A stretch of 64,000 nucleotides of DNA from a virus, in IMG/VR virus record IMGVR_UViG_3300022696_000071, positions 41,748 through 105,747 of that record, one strand, 5' to 3'. Under the pieces are notes generated by a model that saw nothing but the letters and a program-made list of their open reading frames with translations, did not search any database and was not told where the DNA came from. The position numbers and the translations under genes are program-made. Of this stretch, positions 10,093-20,538 are shown one piece after another (position 1 is the stretch's first letter; each line of letters opens with the position of its first letter).

Positions 10093-10812
10093 ATGTTAAG
10101 ATTCCCTGATCAAACACAACATCTCGATACATTTTCAGATAATAATTATGAGAATATAAATAAAGTTACTTTGAATTTTTTATGTAGTCATGAAGCATTA
10201 CGAAAAAAAGCAGTATTTATTCAAGATTCTGCTGGTACTGATAGTACTGGTGGAGACACTACGGGGGGAGATAGTACTGCGAGTATAACAACATCATCAA
10301 CATTATCAGCATTAGATTATAGAAATGCAGTTGTTCCAGGATTAAATAATTTTGAATTAATTGAAGTTGAAGTAGCACCAAATTATACTGTAAGTGTAAA
10401 TACTGGATATTGTATTATACAAGGTGTATTAATAAAATTCTCATCAAGTATTAATTTAAATTATAATTCAAATGATTCATATATATTTGGAACAACTACA
10501 AGTTGGTTGGGAATAACTGAAGATGATGTTATTCCAGATGTTGACTCATTAACAACATGTACTGTTTATGTATGCATATTTTATGATAAAGATCTTGCAG
10601 ATGATGCTTATATCGGCCTTATAGCTAATAATCAATTTATAACAGATCATATCGATAATATTATAATATTGGGTTTAGCAAATCTTGTGAGAACAAATTA
10701 TCTTGGAACTAATTACTGGAATAGTAGTTCAATAACTTATAGATGTGATGATTTTATTATAAGACCAAATGTATATGCATATATTGATGGTAATCATAGT
10801 TTATACGATTAG
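10093..10812 (+). CDS. hypothetical protein with a T/G/S low-complexity tract
   Basis: TDSTGGDTTGGDSTASITTSSTLS tract. Confidence 0.3.
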   Translation: MLRFPDQTQHLDTFSDNNYENINKVTLNFLCSHEALRKKAVFIQDSAGTDSTGGDTTGGDSTASITTSSTLSALDYRNAVVPGLNNFELIEVEVAPNYTVSVNTGYCIIQGVLIKFSSSINLNYNSNDSYIFGTTTSWLGITEDDVIPDVDSLTTCTVYVCIFYDKDLADDAYIGLIANNQFITDHIDNIIILGLANLVRTNYLGTNYWNSSSITYRCDDFIIRPNVYAYIDGNHSLYD

Positions 10813-10845
10813 AAATTATTATTTATATATAGGGGGTAAATATAA

Positions 10846-13800
10846 ATGTCTCAAGATGGAACAATAATAAAATTAATGCGTAGAACTGCACCTGCTATCG
10901 GCACACTTGTATTATCATCTGGTGAACCAGCATTTACAACTGATACTCATCAGTTGTATATTGGTGATGGTACTAAATATGGTGGTCATTTGATCGGTGG
11001 ATTTCAAAAATTCTTTAGACGATTTATAAGTTCTGATGATAATATATATCCGGAGCATCTTATTTGCTGTGATACTTCAAGTAATACTGTTACTCTGTCA
11101 CTCCCTGATGATCCAGCTATTGGAAATCAGATACGTCTTGTTGATTGTCAGAAAACATTTGATGTAAATAATTGTATTCTTGAACGTGGCGATTCATCTC
11201 ATAGAATAAATGGAACACAAGCAGATCTTACATTATCTACAGTTGGTCAATATGTTCTGTATTATGGAACTGATGGAACAAATGATACTTGGTTTGTATT
11301 TTCTGTTAGTGGTGAAAAATGGTTTGATGATTCTGTGGAAGGTGTATATTCTGTGGTGTATAAAGATGATTCATACACAGCAGTGAAGAATCAATTAATT
11401 CTTGCCGATGTATCTTCTGGACCAGTAACAATAACATGCCCAGATGGTCCAACTCTTGGAGATAAATTTAAGATTGAAGATTATTCAAATTCATTTGATT
11501 CAACTGCTTTAGTTATTACATCAGTAAGTGAAACTATAAATGGATTAAGTGAAAATTTAGAATCAGCTACAGAGGGGGAAGTAATAACATTAATATATGA
11601 TATTATATCTGATGGTACTTTTTCATGGGTTCCAAAATATGGACGAGATGACGAATTCAGTGTCGAAGAAGTTGGAAGTATGGTCTATAATGGGGCAAGT
11701 GATCCAACTGGATCTGCTCAAGTTGGATCATATTATATAAATACTACTTCATTTACAATATTTCAATACCAATTAAGTGGTGGTACTGGAAGTTGGGTCG
11801 AGTTATGTGGAGGCATTGTTGTCTCAGAAGATCTTGATTTATATGTTTCAACATCTGGAAATGATACAACTGGAACTGGAGCATCTGGATATCCTTGGGC
11901 AACACCAAATAAAGCAATGGAATATTTAGCTGGAAAAACTATTGCTTCTGATGCAACTGTAACAATTCATATTGCAGATGGTGATTATGAATTACCATCA
12001 ACTCTCAATTTAAGTAGTCCAAGTGGAAAAAATATTCAGATTATTGGAAATGAAGATACACAAACATCATTAACATATGTAACTAATGGTATAGATTCTG
12101 GAGATCATTACATTGATGTATCTGGAGATCATGCATCTAAATTTCCAGATAATAGTCTTATTGAACTTGTTGGTGGTATAAATGCTGGTTATTATGTTGT
12201 AGATAGTGCAACATATTCTGCACCAAATACAAGAATAAAATTAACAACTAATTTTCCAGATTATACTGTTACAACTGGAACAAGCGTAAAAGATGTACCT
12301 TGGTCACATAAAGTAAGATTTTATTTTGATTTCAATACTGATAATGGGATAGATTTAGATAATGCAGATATTGGGTTAATAAAAGGAATAACTATAGACA
12401 AAAAGACATCTGGAAATAGTGGTGGTCGTTCATTTAACATAATAAATAATAGTTATGCATATTTACAAAATGTATATTTTGGTAATAAGAATAGTGGTGC
12501 ATGGACTACCGGATTAAGAATAGATAATAATAGTTATGTTAGAGGATCATCTATTTGTTCAGCATATAGTGGTGGAATATCTATACTCGCAGAAAGTGTA
12601 TTACGATCTATAGATATGAATTGTATAGTTGGAAATATTAGTATAAGTGGATCATCTGAATTAACAGGTAGCGGTCAATATGGTAATATAACATTATATA
12701 ATTCAAATGCGGACATTGGTAGTAGTGTATTTGTAATGGGTAGGATTACAGTATCTGGAAATTGTAGCGTAGAAGTCGGATATAGTAAATTCTACAATTC
12801 AGAATCTTCTGGCGCACATACATTAGATTGTGATGGTATAAATGCAAGAATTAATGCTGTTAGTTCAGAATTTATCGGAAATTCTTCTGATTATTGCATT
12901 GATGTTTCTAATGGTGGTATGGTATCGGCAATTGATGCTGAAATAAGCGGATATAGTATAGGTGCGCATATAAGAGAAAATGATGGCTGGATTAATATCG
13001 TTGGTGGAACTATTGATGAGTGTTCCACTGCTATTGAAGCAAACTCAGGAAGAATATATGCAAAAAATGCAACCATAAACGATTGTACTACAACTGGTGT
13101 TAATGTAGCAGAAGGTGGATATGTCGATGTTACTGGAATATCATTTACTGGAACAACACCATCAACCAGATATAACATATTACCAGATACAGAAGGTTCT
13201 GTAGAATTTGTTTCTTCATTTATGGTTAAAGGCGCAACTTTATCAAGCGATTTAACTCTTACAGTTGATGGATCATCGGGTAGTGATACTGAAGGTGATG
13301 GATCTGTTGGATCACCTTTTGCAACTATACAGTATGCATTATCATATGCTAAAAAATACAGAATTAAAAGTGATAAATGGCTAACCATAAGTATTAAAGA
13401 TGGAACATATAATGGTCCAATAAATATTGATCATTCTGATGCCGATAGAATAAAATTAATAGGCGAATCTGAAGCTGGAGTTATAATTAATTGTACTGCT
13501 AATGGAATAGATATTAGTCCAGGGAAAAGATTATATGAAATAAATAGAATGACACTTAATCATACTGGTGGTAGTTCAAATTCAAGAGCTATAAATCTTG
13601 AAGGAAGATGTGTTGTTGATTATATTCACTATGTTATAATGAATGATTTCGGTTTTGGTTTATATGTAAGACAAGATAGTCGTATTGTTCATGTAGATAA
13701 TATACATATAAATGATACTTTAAATGATGCAATTGCTCTTGATTATGGTTCTTATTTATATGGATTTAATGTAGAAATAAGTGGAACTGGTGCATCTGGA

Positions 13801-14124
13801 TGTAAAGGTATTGCTGTAGAACATGGAAGTGGTCTTGATCTAACTACGGGTGTAGATATAGATACAACAAGTACTGATTTTGCTTATGGTATATGGTGTA
13901 TTGGTGGATCATATGCATTTGTTGGAGGATCAAATAGTGGCGTTGCGAATTGCACGGTTGGAGCATATGGTCATACTGGTGCTACACTAATATTAAATGA
14001 TTTAGATTTTGCTAATAATGGTACACATTGTGATCCAGCAGCCACTACAACTGAAGATGCTTCTCCAACATATGGGAATTGGGGAGGTACAATATTTGCA
14101 TACAATGGATGTACATTTGATTAA
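10846..14124 (+). CDS. large beta-helix-like (pectate-lyase-fold-like) structural protein, possibly a fibre/spike or capsid decoration
   Basis: 1092 aa rich in G/N/S/T/V with many short GxxxG/N-containing beta-strand-like repeats (e.g. NNSYAYLQNVYFGNKNSGAWTTGLRIDNNSYVRGSSIC) typical of right-handed parallel beta-helices. Confidence 0.4.
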   Translation: MSQDGTIIKLMRRTAPAIGTLVLSSGEPAFTTDTHQLYIGDGTKYGGHLIGGFQKFFRRFISSDDNIYPEHLICCDTSSNTVTLSLPDDPAIGNQIRLVDCQKTFDVNNCILERGDSSHRINGTQADLTLSTVGQYVLYYGTDGTNDTWFVFSVSGEKWFDDSVEGVYSVVYKDDSYTAVKNQLILADVSSGPVTITCPDGPTLGDKFKIEDYSNSFDSTALVITSVSETINGLSENLESATEGEVITLIYDIISDGTFSWVPKYGRDDEFSVEEVGSMVYNGASDPTGSAQVGSYYINTTSFTIFQYQLSGGTGSWVELCGGIVVSEDLDLYVSTSGNDTTGTGASGYPWATPNKAMEYLAGKTIASDATVTIHIADGDYELPSTLNLSSPSGKNIQIIGNEDTQTSLTYVTNGIDSGDHYIDVSGDHASKFPDNSLIELVGGINAGYYVVDSATYSAPNTRIKLTTNFPDYTVTTGTSVKDVPWSHKVRFYFDFNTDNGIDLDNADIGLIKGITIDKKTSGNSGGRSFNIINNSYAYLQNVYFGNKNSGAWTTGLRIDNNSYVRGSSICSAYSGGISILAESVLRSIDMNCIVGNISISGSSELTGSGQYGNITLYNSNADIGSSVFVMGRITVSGNCSVEVGYSKFYNSESSGAHTLDCDGINARINAVSSEFIGNSSDYCIDVSNGGMVSAIDAEISGYSIGAHIRENDGWINIVGGTIDECSTAIEANSGRIYAKNATINDCTTTGVNVAEGGYVDVTGISFTGTTPSTRYNILPDTEGSVEFVSSFMVKGATLSSDLTLTVDGSSGSDTEGDGSVGSPFATIQYALSYAKKYRIKSDKWLTISIKDGTYNGPINIDHSDADRIKLIGESEAGVIINCTANGIDISPGKRLYEINRMTLNHTGGSSNSRAINLEGRCVVDYIHYVIMNDFGFGLYVRQDSRIVHVDNIHINDTLNDAIALDYGSYLYGFNVEISGTGASGCKGIAVEHGSGLDLTTGVDIDTTSTDFAYGIWCIGGSYAFVGGSNSGVANCTVGAYGHTGATLILNDLDFANNGTHCDPAATTTEDASPTYGNWGGTIFAYNGCTFD

Positions 14125-14156
14125 TTAATTAAACAATTTATTATGAGAATAAACTA

Positions 14157-14780
14157 ATGAAAGATGAAAAAACAGTGAATATATTAATAGTTGATGATAA
14201 AGAAGATATATGTAAAACATATAAGGAGATATTAGAAGATTCATTGAAATCTTCTAATATCTTCACTGCAAACACATATGAAGAAGCTGTAAATATAGTG
14301 GAAAAAAATAGCATAGATTTGATAATCGCAGATATATTTTTGAAAGATGACATTAAATCATTAAAAGATTCTGGTATAGATGTATCATATGAAGCTAAAA
14401 AGAAAGATTTAAATACTCAGATAATTATATTTACAGGGATTCCTGCCGTCAATACTGCAACTGAAGCAATTCATCTTGAAGCGTTTGATTATTTAACAAA
14501 GCCAGTTAAACCAGAAGCATTAATAAGATCAACAATTAATGCATTGGATAAAAAAAGGTTATTAGATGACAGGAATACAATCGAACAAGAAAAAAATATA
14601 TTACAATCTAAATTAGAAGATGTGTTAAGTGAGAAATATATAACAGATAAACAATTTCAAAAACTTATGAGCAACTTCAAGAACAAACGAAAGAAACTAG
14701 AATCTCATTCTGATACAGTCCAGAAAAAACTGATCGATGCGATTTCAAGAGTTAAACTTGGAGATACAAAATATGAATAA
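14157..14780 (+). CDS. stand-alone response-regulator receiver (CheY-like) domain protein with a coiled-coil C-terminus
   Basis: NILIVDDKED (acidic pocket), DLIIADIFL (phospho-accepting Asp), IIIFTG (conserved T), DYLTKP (conserved K). Confidence 0.6.
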   Translation: MKDEKTVNILIVDDKEDICKTYKEILEDSLKSSNIFTANTYEEAVNIVEKNSIDLIIADIFLKDDIKSLKDSGIDVSYEAKKKDLNTQIIIFTGIPAVNTATEAIHLEAFDYLTKPVKPEALIRSTINALDKKRLLDDRNTIEQEKNILQSKLEDVLSEKYITDKQFQKLMSNFKNKRKKLESHSDTVQKKLIDAISRVKLGDTKYE

Positions 14781-15435
14781 TGGTAATAAAGATATTCAAG
14801 ATAGCAATTTTGTTTCAGAAAAAATGGTGGCAATGATTTTTGATCAAGTTAATGCTGTTATTGATAAAATGGCTGGAAGTGTTTCAACTAACACATCTGT
14901 AATAACTGATTTGATTAATACAATTGGTAATGCTCCGAAAGAAACTCTTGAGTTATTAAAATCACAAGAAGGGTTAGCAAAAGATATCTTACATGATCTG
15001 GACAATATAAAAAATGTACTAAAAACAATTGATTCATGCAGTCATACTTTGGAATCAAAACTTGATCCATTAGACAGTATAAAATCTCAAATAGATAAAT
15101 TATATGATAAAATAGAAAAATTAAGAGATATAGAAACATCAATAAATAATATAGTAGATTCTAAAATAGCACCAATCATGCCGATAAAAGATTTACCAAA
15201 AGATATTAAATCTTTAAATGAGAATATGATAAAGAATACTACTAATATAGAAAATCTGGACAAAAAAGCATTTAAATTATCTGTTATATTAGGGGTAGTA
15301 TGTAGTGCTGCTGTCGTAATAGGCGGAATGATGTGGAAGATATTATCAATATTACAATCTCCAGAATTTGCTAAATTATTAGATACGCTACACCAAATAC
15401 ATCACACATTGCCACCTGGAGGTCCTGGTCCATAA
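14737..15435 (+). CDS. coiled-coil protein with a C-terminal transmembrane helix
   Basis: Heptad-like repeats. C-terminal LSVILGVVCSAAVVIGGMMW. Confidence 0.3.
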   Translation: MRFQELNLEIQNMNNGNKDIQDSNFVSEKMVAMIFDQVNAVIDKMAGSVSTNTSVITDLINTIGNAPKETLELLKSQEGLAKDILHDLDNIKNVLKTIDSCSHTLESKLDPLDSIKSQIDKLYDKIEKLRDIETSINNIVDSKIAPIMPIKDLPKDIKSLNENMIKNTTNIENLDKKAFKLSVILGVVCSAAVVIGGMMWKILSILQSPEFAKLLDTLHQIHHTLPPGGPGP

Positions 15436-15464
15436 TTTATTTTTTTATAAAGGAAATCTATAAA

Positions 15465-15743
15465 ATGAAACTAACATCATATCCAGAACAAGAATTTAAC
15501 ACGAAAATTGATACAGAATTTTTAAATCAAGCGATATCAAAATATGTAGAAACAGCAAAGATACCAAAATCAGTACCTTTGTCTCAACTTACAAAAAACA
15601 TTAAAAGATATACAGAAGAATCATCTAAGATATTGCAACTTATAGAAAAATCTGAGAAACTTACAAATGAAATAATGTCTAAAAATACACAAATGAATTA
15701 TGAATGTGAAAGAATGATAAATAAAATAAGATCAACTATTTAA
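15465..15743 (+). CDS. hypothetical protein
   Basis: ORF only. Confidence 0.25.
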   Translation: MKLTSYPEQEFNTKIDTEFLNQAISKYVETAKIPKSVPLSQLTKNIKRYTEESSKILQLIEKSEKLTNEIMSKNTQMNYECERMINKIRSTI

Positions 15744-15779
15744 TTATAGCGTTATAAGTTAAAGTGAGGTATTCTCTAA

Positions 15780-15795
15780 AGGACAAACTGTAAAT
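15780..15795 (+). promoter_or_regulatory. late-promoter-like motif AGGACAAACTGTAAAT
   Basis: Identical 16-mer to the site at 8298, upstream of the gene at 15829. Confidence 0.5.
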
Positions 15796-15828
15796 TAATA
15801 TATAGATAGATTATATATGAATATTTAA

Positions 15829-16245
15829 ATGGAGATTAAATTGGAAATATCATCTACTGAAAAAATTAATGGAGAATATTTAAATACTGAAGAACTTTTA
15901 TCTTACTTATCTCAAATAGTTATGGTAAAAAAAGATGAAGATTTAAGAAAGAAATCTGAACAAATAAAAACCATAAAATCGAAGATAAGAAATGATAAAG
16001 ATAAATTAAACCAATTAAAAATTCGTCTGAAACATGTTCATAATGAAAATAATAGATTATCCAAACTTCATGATGTCTTATCCAATATACAATCCTTAAT
16101 GAGAGAAGGTTTGATGGGAAATAATCGACTGAAAGTTATTAATCTATTAGATAATATAAAAGATGATGATATCAAAACTCTTGATAGAATCAATTTAAAA
16201 TTATCTCAATTTAATAGACAATCATTTGGTATGATTTCCACATAA
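15829..16245 (+). CDS. small coiled-coil protein, candidate scaffolding protein
   Basis: Highly charged helical sequence immediately upstream of the major capsid gene (the gp22 position in T4). Confidence 0.3.
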   Translation: MEIKLEISSTEKINGEYLNTEELLSYLSQIVMVKKDEDLRKKSEQIKTIKSKIRNDKDKLNQLKIRLKHVHNENNRLSKLHDVLSNIQSLMREGLMGNNRLKVINLLDNIKDDDIKTLDRINLKLSQFNRQSFGMIST

Positions 16246-16282
16246 AACCCAATATTACTAATACATTAAGGAGATATGAAAA

Positions 16283-17737
16283 ATGATGAAACATCTGTTG
16301 AATGAAGCATATGCTACAACCAAGCGTATGACTGGCATCAATCCGCAATCACCCAATGGCTTCAAGCAAATGCTGGCTGACCAACATGCTTGGGGCATTT
16401 ATATGAGGGGTCTGAATGAGGGACTGGATAATCCGGAAGATATCGAGTTCATGAATATGATGGGTGAAAATACTCGTGTGGCACTAATGGAAAATTCCAT
16501 GTTCCAACTGAATCCATACGAAACTCTCACCATGCCTATTCTTCGTGTATTCGTTCCCAAATTTATCGCCAAAGAACTTGTAAATGTTATGCCGATTGAT
16601 AAACCCGATGTTATTAAGGGCTTTATTCGTGCATCATTTAAGAAACACGGCGAATCAACATTTGGTCATTCATTCCCATCAACAACTGACATCTCTCGCG
16701 GTCCAGATGTCGGTATTACGGTTACTAAGAGTGCGAATGAAGGAACGACTGATGTTCTGGCTGAAGCATCACTGACTTCAACGAATTCCCATATCGAGAA
16801 AGATGTTGTCATTACGACAGTTGTTGATTCAACGGGTAATACTGCCACCGTATCAATTACTCCGAGTGTTGATGGTAACTTCTCTGAAGCTGTCACTGTT
16901 GCAGGACAATCAGATGTTATCTCTGGTCATTGGGATTTCTTGAATGGTACGCTTACTTGGTCATCCGCTGCAAGCGTGGTTACATCTGTTCGTTATCAAG
17001 CTATCTGTTCTCTCGAAGAAAATACGATTAATCCGACTGCTAAATTCGAAATCGACAAGATTCGATTTACAGTGATTGATCGTAGGATCTCTGCTGAATG
17101 GACGATTAATATGGAGCAAGACATCAAAGCTCTGTATGATATCCAGATTCAGAGTGAATTCGTAAATCTGATTGGTGAGCAGATTGCACTCGATATCGAC
17201 AACGAAATTATCACCGCTCTATTTGCAACCAACGCTGCTTTGAATCCAGCTACTCATACCAAGACTTTCGATCTGAATCCACCTACGGATTTCCATTTTG
17301 GTCGGAAACAATGGTATGAAAACATTCTGGTTACATTGGGTCAACTGTCAGCACAGATTTATAATAGCTGTCTGATGGGTGCCGCCAATACTCTGGCTTG
17401 TAACCCGCTGGATGCAAGTATCTTCGAAGCACTGAATGGCTTCGCTTATACTGGTGATTCTGTTGCTGGTGGAGATGTTGGTTATCGAACTGCAACCGTG
17501 GCTGGTGGAAAATGGAAGATTCTGGTAAGCTCAATTGTTCCTTCAGGTTCGATTCTTGCTAAGTATAGAAGTGATGATCTTGCCCGTGCTGCATACGTTT
17601 ATGCCCCATACGTTCCAGCGCTTTTGTCGCCCTACCCTCTTGGTTCGATTCCATCATTGACAGTAATGAGTCGCTATGCCACCAAAGTCATTCGTAACGA
17701 AGCTATTGGTAAACTGACCATTACTGACACTGCTTAA
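16283..17737 (+). CDS. major capsid protein (T4 gp23-like, HK97 fold)
   Basis: VMPIDKPDVIKGFIRASF resembles T4 gp23 VQPMNSPTGQVFALRAVY. C-terminal AYVYAPYVPALLSPYPLGS resembles T4 gp23 GIYYAPYVALTPLRGS. SD aaggag. GC-richer codon usage than neighbouring genes. Confidence 0.7.
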   Translation: MMKHLLNEAYATTKRMTGINPQSPNGFKQMLADQHAWGIYMRGLNEGLDNPEDIEFMNMMGENTRVALMENSMFQLNPYETLTMPILRVFVPKFIAKELVNVMPIDKPDVIKGFIRASFKKHGESTFGHSFPSTTDISRGPDVGITVTKSANEGTTDVLAEASLTSTNSHIEKDVVITTVVDSTGNTATVSITPSVDGNFSEAVTVAGQSDVISGHWDFLNGTLTWSSAASVVTSVRYQAICSLEENTINPTAKFEIDKIRFTVIDRRISAEWTINMEQDIKALYDIQIQSEFVNLIGEQIALDIDNEIITALFATNAALNPATHTKTFDLNPPTDFHFGRKQWYENILVTLGQLSAQIYNSCLMGAANTLACNPLDASIFEALNGFAYTGDSVAGGDVGYRTATVAGGKWKILVSSIVPSGSILAKYRSDDLARAAYVYAPYVPALLSPYPLGSIPSLTVMSRYATKVIRNEAIGKLTITDTA

Positions 17738-17986
17738 TACCATTTTTACACTTTGATAGTGATCCAACCGCCATTATCGCTGTCATGCTCCATGCTCCAT
17801 TCGTTCCACACCATTGGTTCTAATAGATGCCCGATCCAGGTTCTTGCCATTGTCTCCTGGTGAGGGCATCTATTAGCGTGTCTATAAATAATTATATATA
17901 TTAAATAGTAGAAGCAATTGTTGTATCATTTTTTCATAAATGATATTTTATATTTTTAATTATTTTTTATTTGAAAGGGTATAATT

Positions 17987-19864
17987 ATGTCTGGAGAATG
18001 GAAATGTGAAATGTGTGGCAAGAGTTATAAGAAGTATGGTGGATTATCAAAACATTTAAAATATTGTAAAAGCAATATTGAACATTTATTACATACTGAT
18101 TATTATAAAAAATATATTAATCCAGATGCAAGATCAACTTGTCCAGTTTGTGAAGAAGAAGGAGTAACTACTGAACTTCATTTTAAAAACTTAAAAGATG
18201 GATACACAAATTATTGTAGAAAACATCTTGGACATGATAAAGAAAGAATGAAGAATATTAAGAAAACTTACGAAGAAAGATTTGAAGGTGGTCATCCATC
18301 AAAAGATCCAAACGTAAAAAATTTTAAATTTGGTGGTATTCAGAATCCTGCTAAAAATCCAGAATCAATAAAAAAACGCACTATTACAAGAGCAAAAAAT
18401 ATGGGTAAAATATCAACAAATATTTCAACATCATTAAAAAATAGTGATAAATTAAAAGAAGCACATAAACGAATGAAGAAAATATTATTAGAAAAATATG
18501 GTGTTGAAAATATAGGTCAACTACCACATGTAAAAGAAAAAATAAAAAAGACATTTGAAGAGAAATATGGGTGTCATGCATTTAGTCACTCAGATATAAT
18601 AGAAAAAAGAAAACAAACTAATATAGAACGTTATGGTGTTGAACATCCGATGCAAAATGAGAAAATAAAACAGAAAGTTGAAGATATAAATATAAAACGC
18701 TATGGTGTCAAATCAACATTAATGGTTCCAGAAATTCAAGAAAAATGTAAAGAAACAATGATTGAAAGATATGGAGTAGATCATTATTCAAAAACAGATG
18801 AATTTAAAGATTGGTTTTCACAACATTATATCGATTTATTCAAAGATAAAACAATATCAACATTAGATGAACTTGGATTTGAAGTCGTTGATTATACTAA
18901 GACAACAGGATTATGTAAATTAAAATGCAAAAAGTGTGGAAATGAATTGGAAGAAAAACCAACTGAAATTATATATGGTGGTCGTATACATATATGCAAA
19001 ATTTGTTATCCTAATCGTTTTGGACATATGCAATCAGAATTAACTGATTTTTGTAAAGAATATTTTGATGACGTAATTGAAAATGATAGATCGATACTTC
19101 CTGGTCGATATGAACTCGACATAGTAATTCCATCTATTAAATTAGCAATAGAATTTAATGGTTTATATTGGCATAGTGAATCAATGGGAAAAGATAAGAA
19201 TTATCATGTTAATAAAACAAAAGAAGCAGAAGAAGTTGGATATCAACTGATTCATGTTTTTGAAGATGAGTGGACAAATAATAAAAATATTATTAAATCT
19301 ATATTACTTAATAAGTTTGGTAAAACACCAAATAGATATTTCGCTCGTAAATTAGATATTAAAAATATTGATAAAAATAATGCTAAACGATTTTTGAATG
19401 GAAATCATTTACAACGGTATCATTATGGTGAACATTATGCATTATGTAATGATGATAAAATATTATGCATGTTAACAATGAGTAAACCAAGATTTAATAA
19501 AAAATATGAATGGGAAATTATAAGATTTTGTAATAAAATAAATTGTACTGTTGTCGGTGGTTTATCAAGATTATTAAAACATTTTAGTAAGTTAAATACT
19601 GGTTCTATTATAACATATGTAGATGCTCGATTTGGGAATGGTAGTGGTTACTTGAATGCTGGTTTTAAATTAAAAGGGAAAAGCGATCCAAATTATTTTT
19701 ATATTAATAATTTTCAACGTGAATCAAGAATAAAATATCAAAAACATAAATTAAAAAATAAACTATTATTTTTTGATGAATCATTTACAGAATGGGAAAA
19801 TATGCAGATTAATGGGTTTGATAGAGTATGGGATTGTGGAAACTTTATTTATTCAAGAACTTAA
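17987..19864 (+). CDS. free-standing homing-endonuclease-like protein: N-terminal C2H2/zinc-ribbon module, repeated YGV helical motifs and a C-terminal Vsr/PD-(D/E)xK-like nuclease domain
   Basis: CEMCGKSYKKYGGLSKHLKYC and CPVCEEEG...YCRKHLGHD. Five ERYGV/EKYGV repeats. RYELDIVIPSIKLAIEFNGLYWHS resembles the Vsr-like endonuclease core. Confidence 0.5.
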   Translation: MSGEWKCEMCGKSYKKYGGLSKHLKYCKSNIEHLLHTDYYKKYINPDARSTCPVCEEEGVTTELHFKNLKDGYTNYCRKHLGHDKERMKNIKKTYEERFEGGHPSKDPNVKNFKFGGIQNPAKNPESIKKRTITRAKNMGKISTNISTSLKNSDKLKEAHKRMKKILLEKYGVENIGQLPHVKEKIKKTFEEKYGCHAFSHSDIIEKRKQTNIERYGVEHPMQNEKIKQKVEDINIKRYGVKSTLMVPEIQEKCKETMIERYGVDHYSKTDEFKDWFSQHYIDLFKDKTISTLDELGFEVVDYTKTTGLCKLKCKKCGNELEEKPTEIIYGGRIHICKICYPNRFGHMQSELTDFCKEYFDDVIENDRSILPGRYELDIVIPSIKLAIEFNGLYWHSESMGKDKNYHVNKTKEAEEVGYQLIHVFEDEWTNNKNIIKSILLNKFGKTPNRYFARKLDIKNIDKNNAKRFLNGNHLQRYHYGEHYALCNDDKILCMLTMSKPRFNKKYEWEIIRFCNKINCTVVGGLSRLLKHFSKLNTGSIITYVDARFGNGSGYLNAGFKLKGKSDPNYFYINNFQRESRIKYQKHKLKNKLLFFDESFTEWENMQINGFDRVWDCGNFIYSRT

Positions 19865-19884
19865 TATAAAAAAGGAGGTACTCA

Positions 19885-20343
19885 GTGAAAACATTAATTT
19901 TTGCATTCATTATCTTTTTAATGTCATCTGTTCCACCAGTAGCTCAAACTGTTACATCGGTAACTCTCGAATGGGATAAAGTTGATGCTCCCGATTTAGA
20001 AGGTTATAAGATATATTATAATACAAGAGGTTCGGGTGAACCATATAATGGTAGTAATCTATTTGGAATGGTTTCACCAACTGGTTTAAAACAAGCTATA
20101 AATACTCAGTCACCATTAGATATAAAATTAACCAATCTTCAAAATCCAAATTTACCACAAATAAAACTTGGTGGACTTGAATCTGGAAAAACATATTGGT
20201 TTGTTGCAACAGCTTATGATGAACTTAATCTTGAAAGTAATTATTCAAATGAAGTTGATTTTCTTGCAAGTGTTACAATAACATCACCAGATAATATACA
20301 AATCGAAATTAACCCTATTACTGCTCCACAAGGAAATAATTAA
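19885..20343 (+). CDS. secreted fibronectin-type-III-like domain protein
   Basis: Signal-peptide-like N-terminus MKTLIFAFIIFLMSSVPPVAQT. GTG start with SD aaggagg. FN3-like strands (TSVTLEWDKV...YKIYY...TYWFVATAYDE). Confidence 0.4.
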   Translation: MKTLIFAFIIFLMSSVPPVAQTVTSVTLEWDKVDAPDLEGYKIYYNTRGSGEPYNGSNLFGMVSPTGLKQAINTQSPLDIKLTNLQNPNLPQIKLGGLESGKTYWFVATAYDELNLESNYSNEVDFLASVTITSPDNIQIEINPITAPQGNN

Positions 20344-20538
20344 AAATGGCAGACATTATATCTATTAAACCAGACTACGATATATCTATAATTATTCACA
20401 AAGATAGTGGTGGACAAAGAGTTAAAGGTCCATTAAGTAGAATATCAATTGGAAAATTGGTAAGAGATACATTGGCAGAAGAACAAGATATGGAGATAAC
20501 AATAATTAAAAAATATAAAGAAAAAAATAAGGAGTAGT

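Noticed and set aside
12891-13388. 165-aa minus-strand ORF inside the 1092-aa beta-helix gene
   Set aside because: Fully embedded antisense to a long ORF with consistent codon usage. No start context.
16584-17534. Short ORFs on both strands within the major capsid gene
   Set aside because: GC-richer coding sequence generates chance ORFs. The gp23-like frame is strongly supported.
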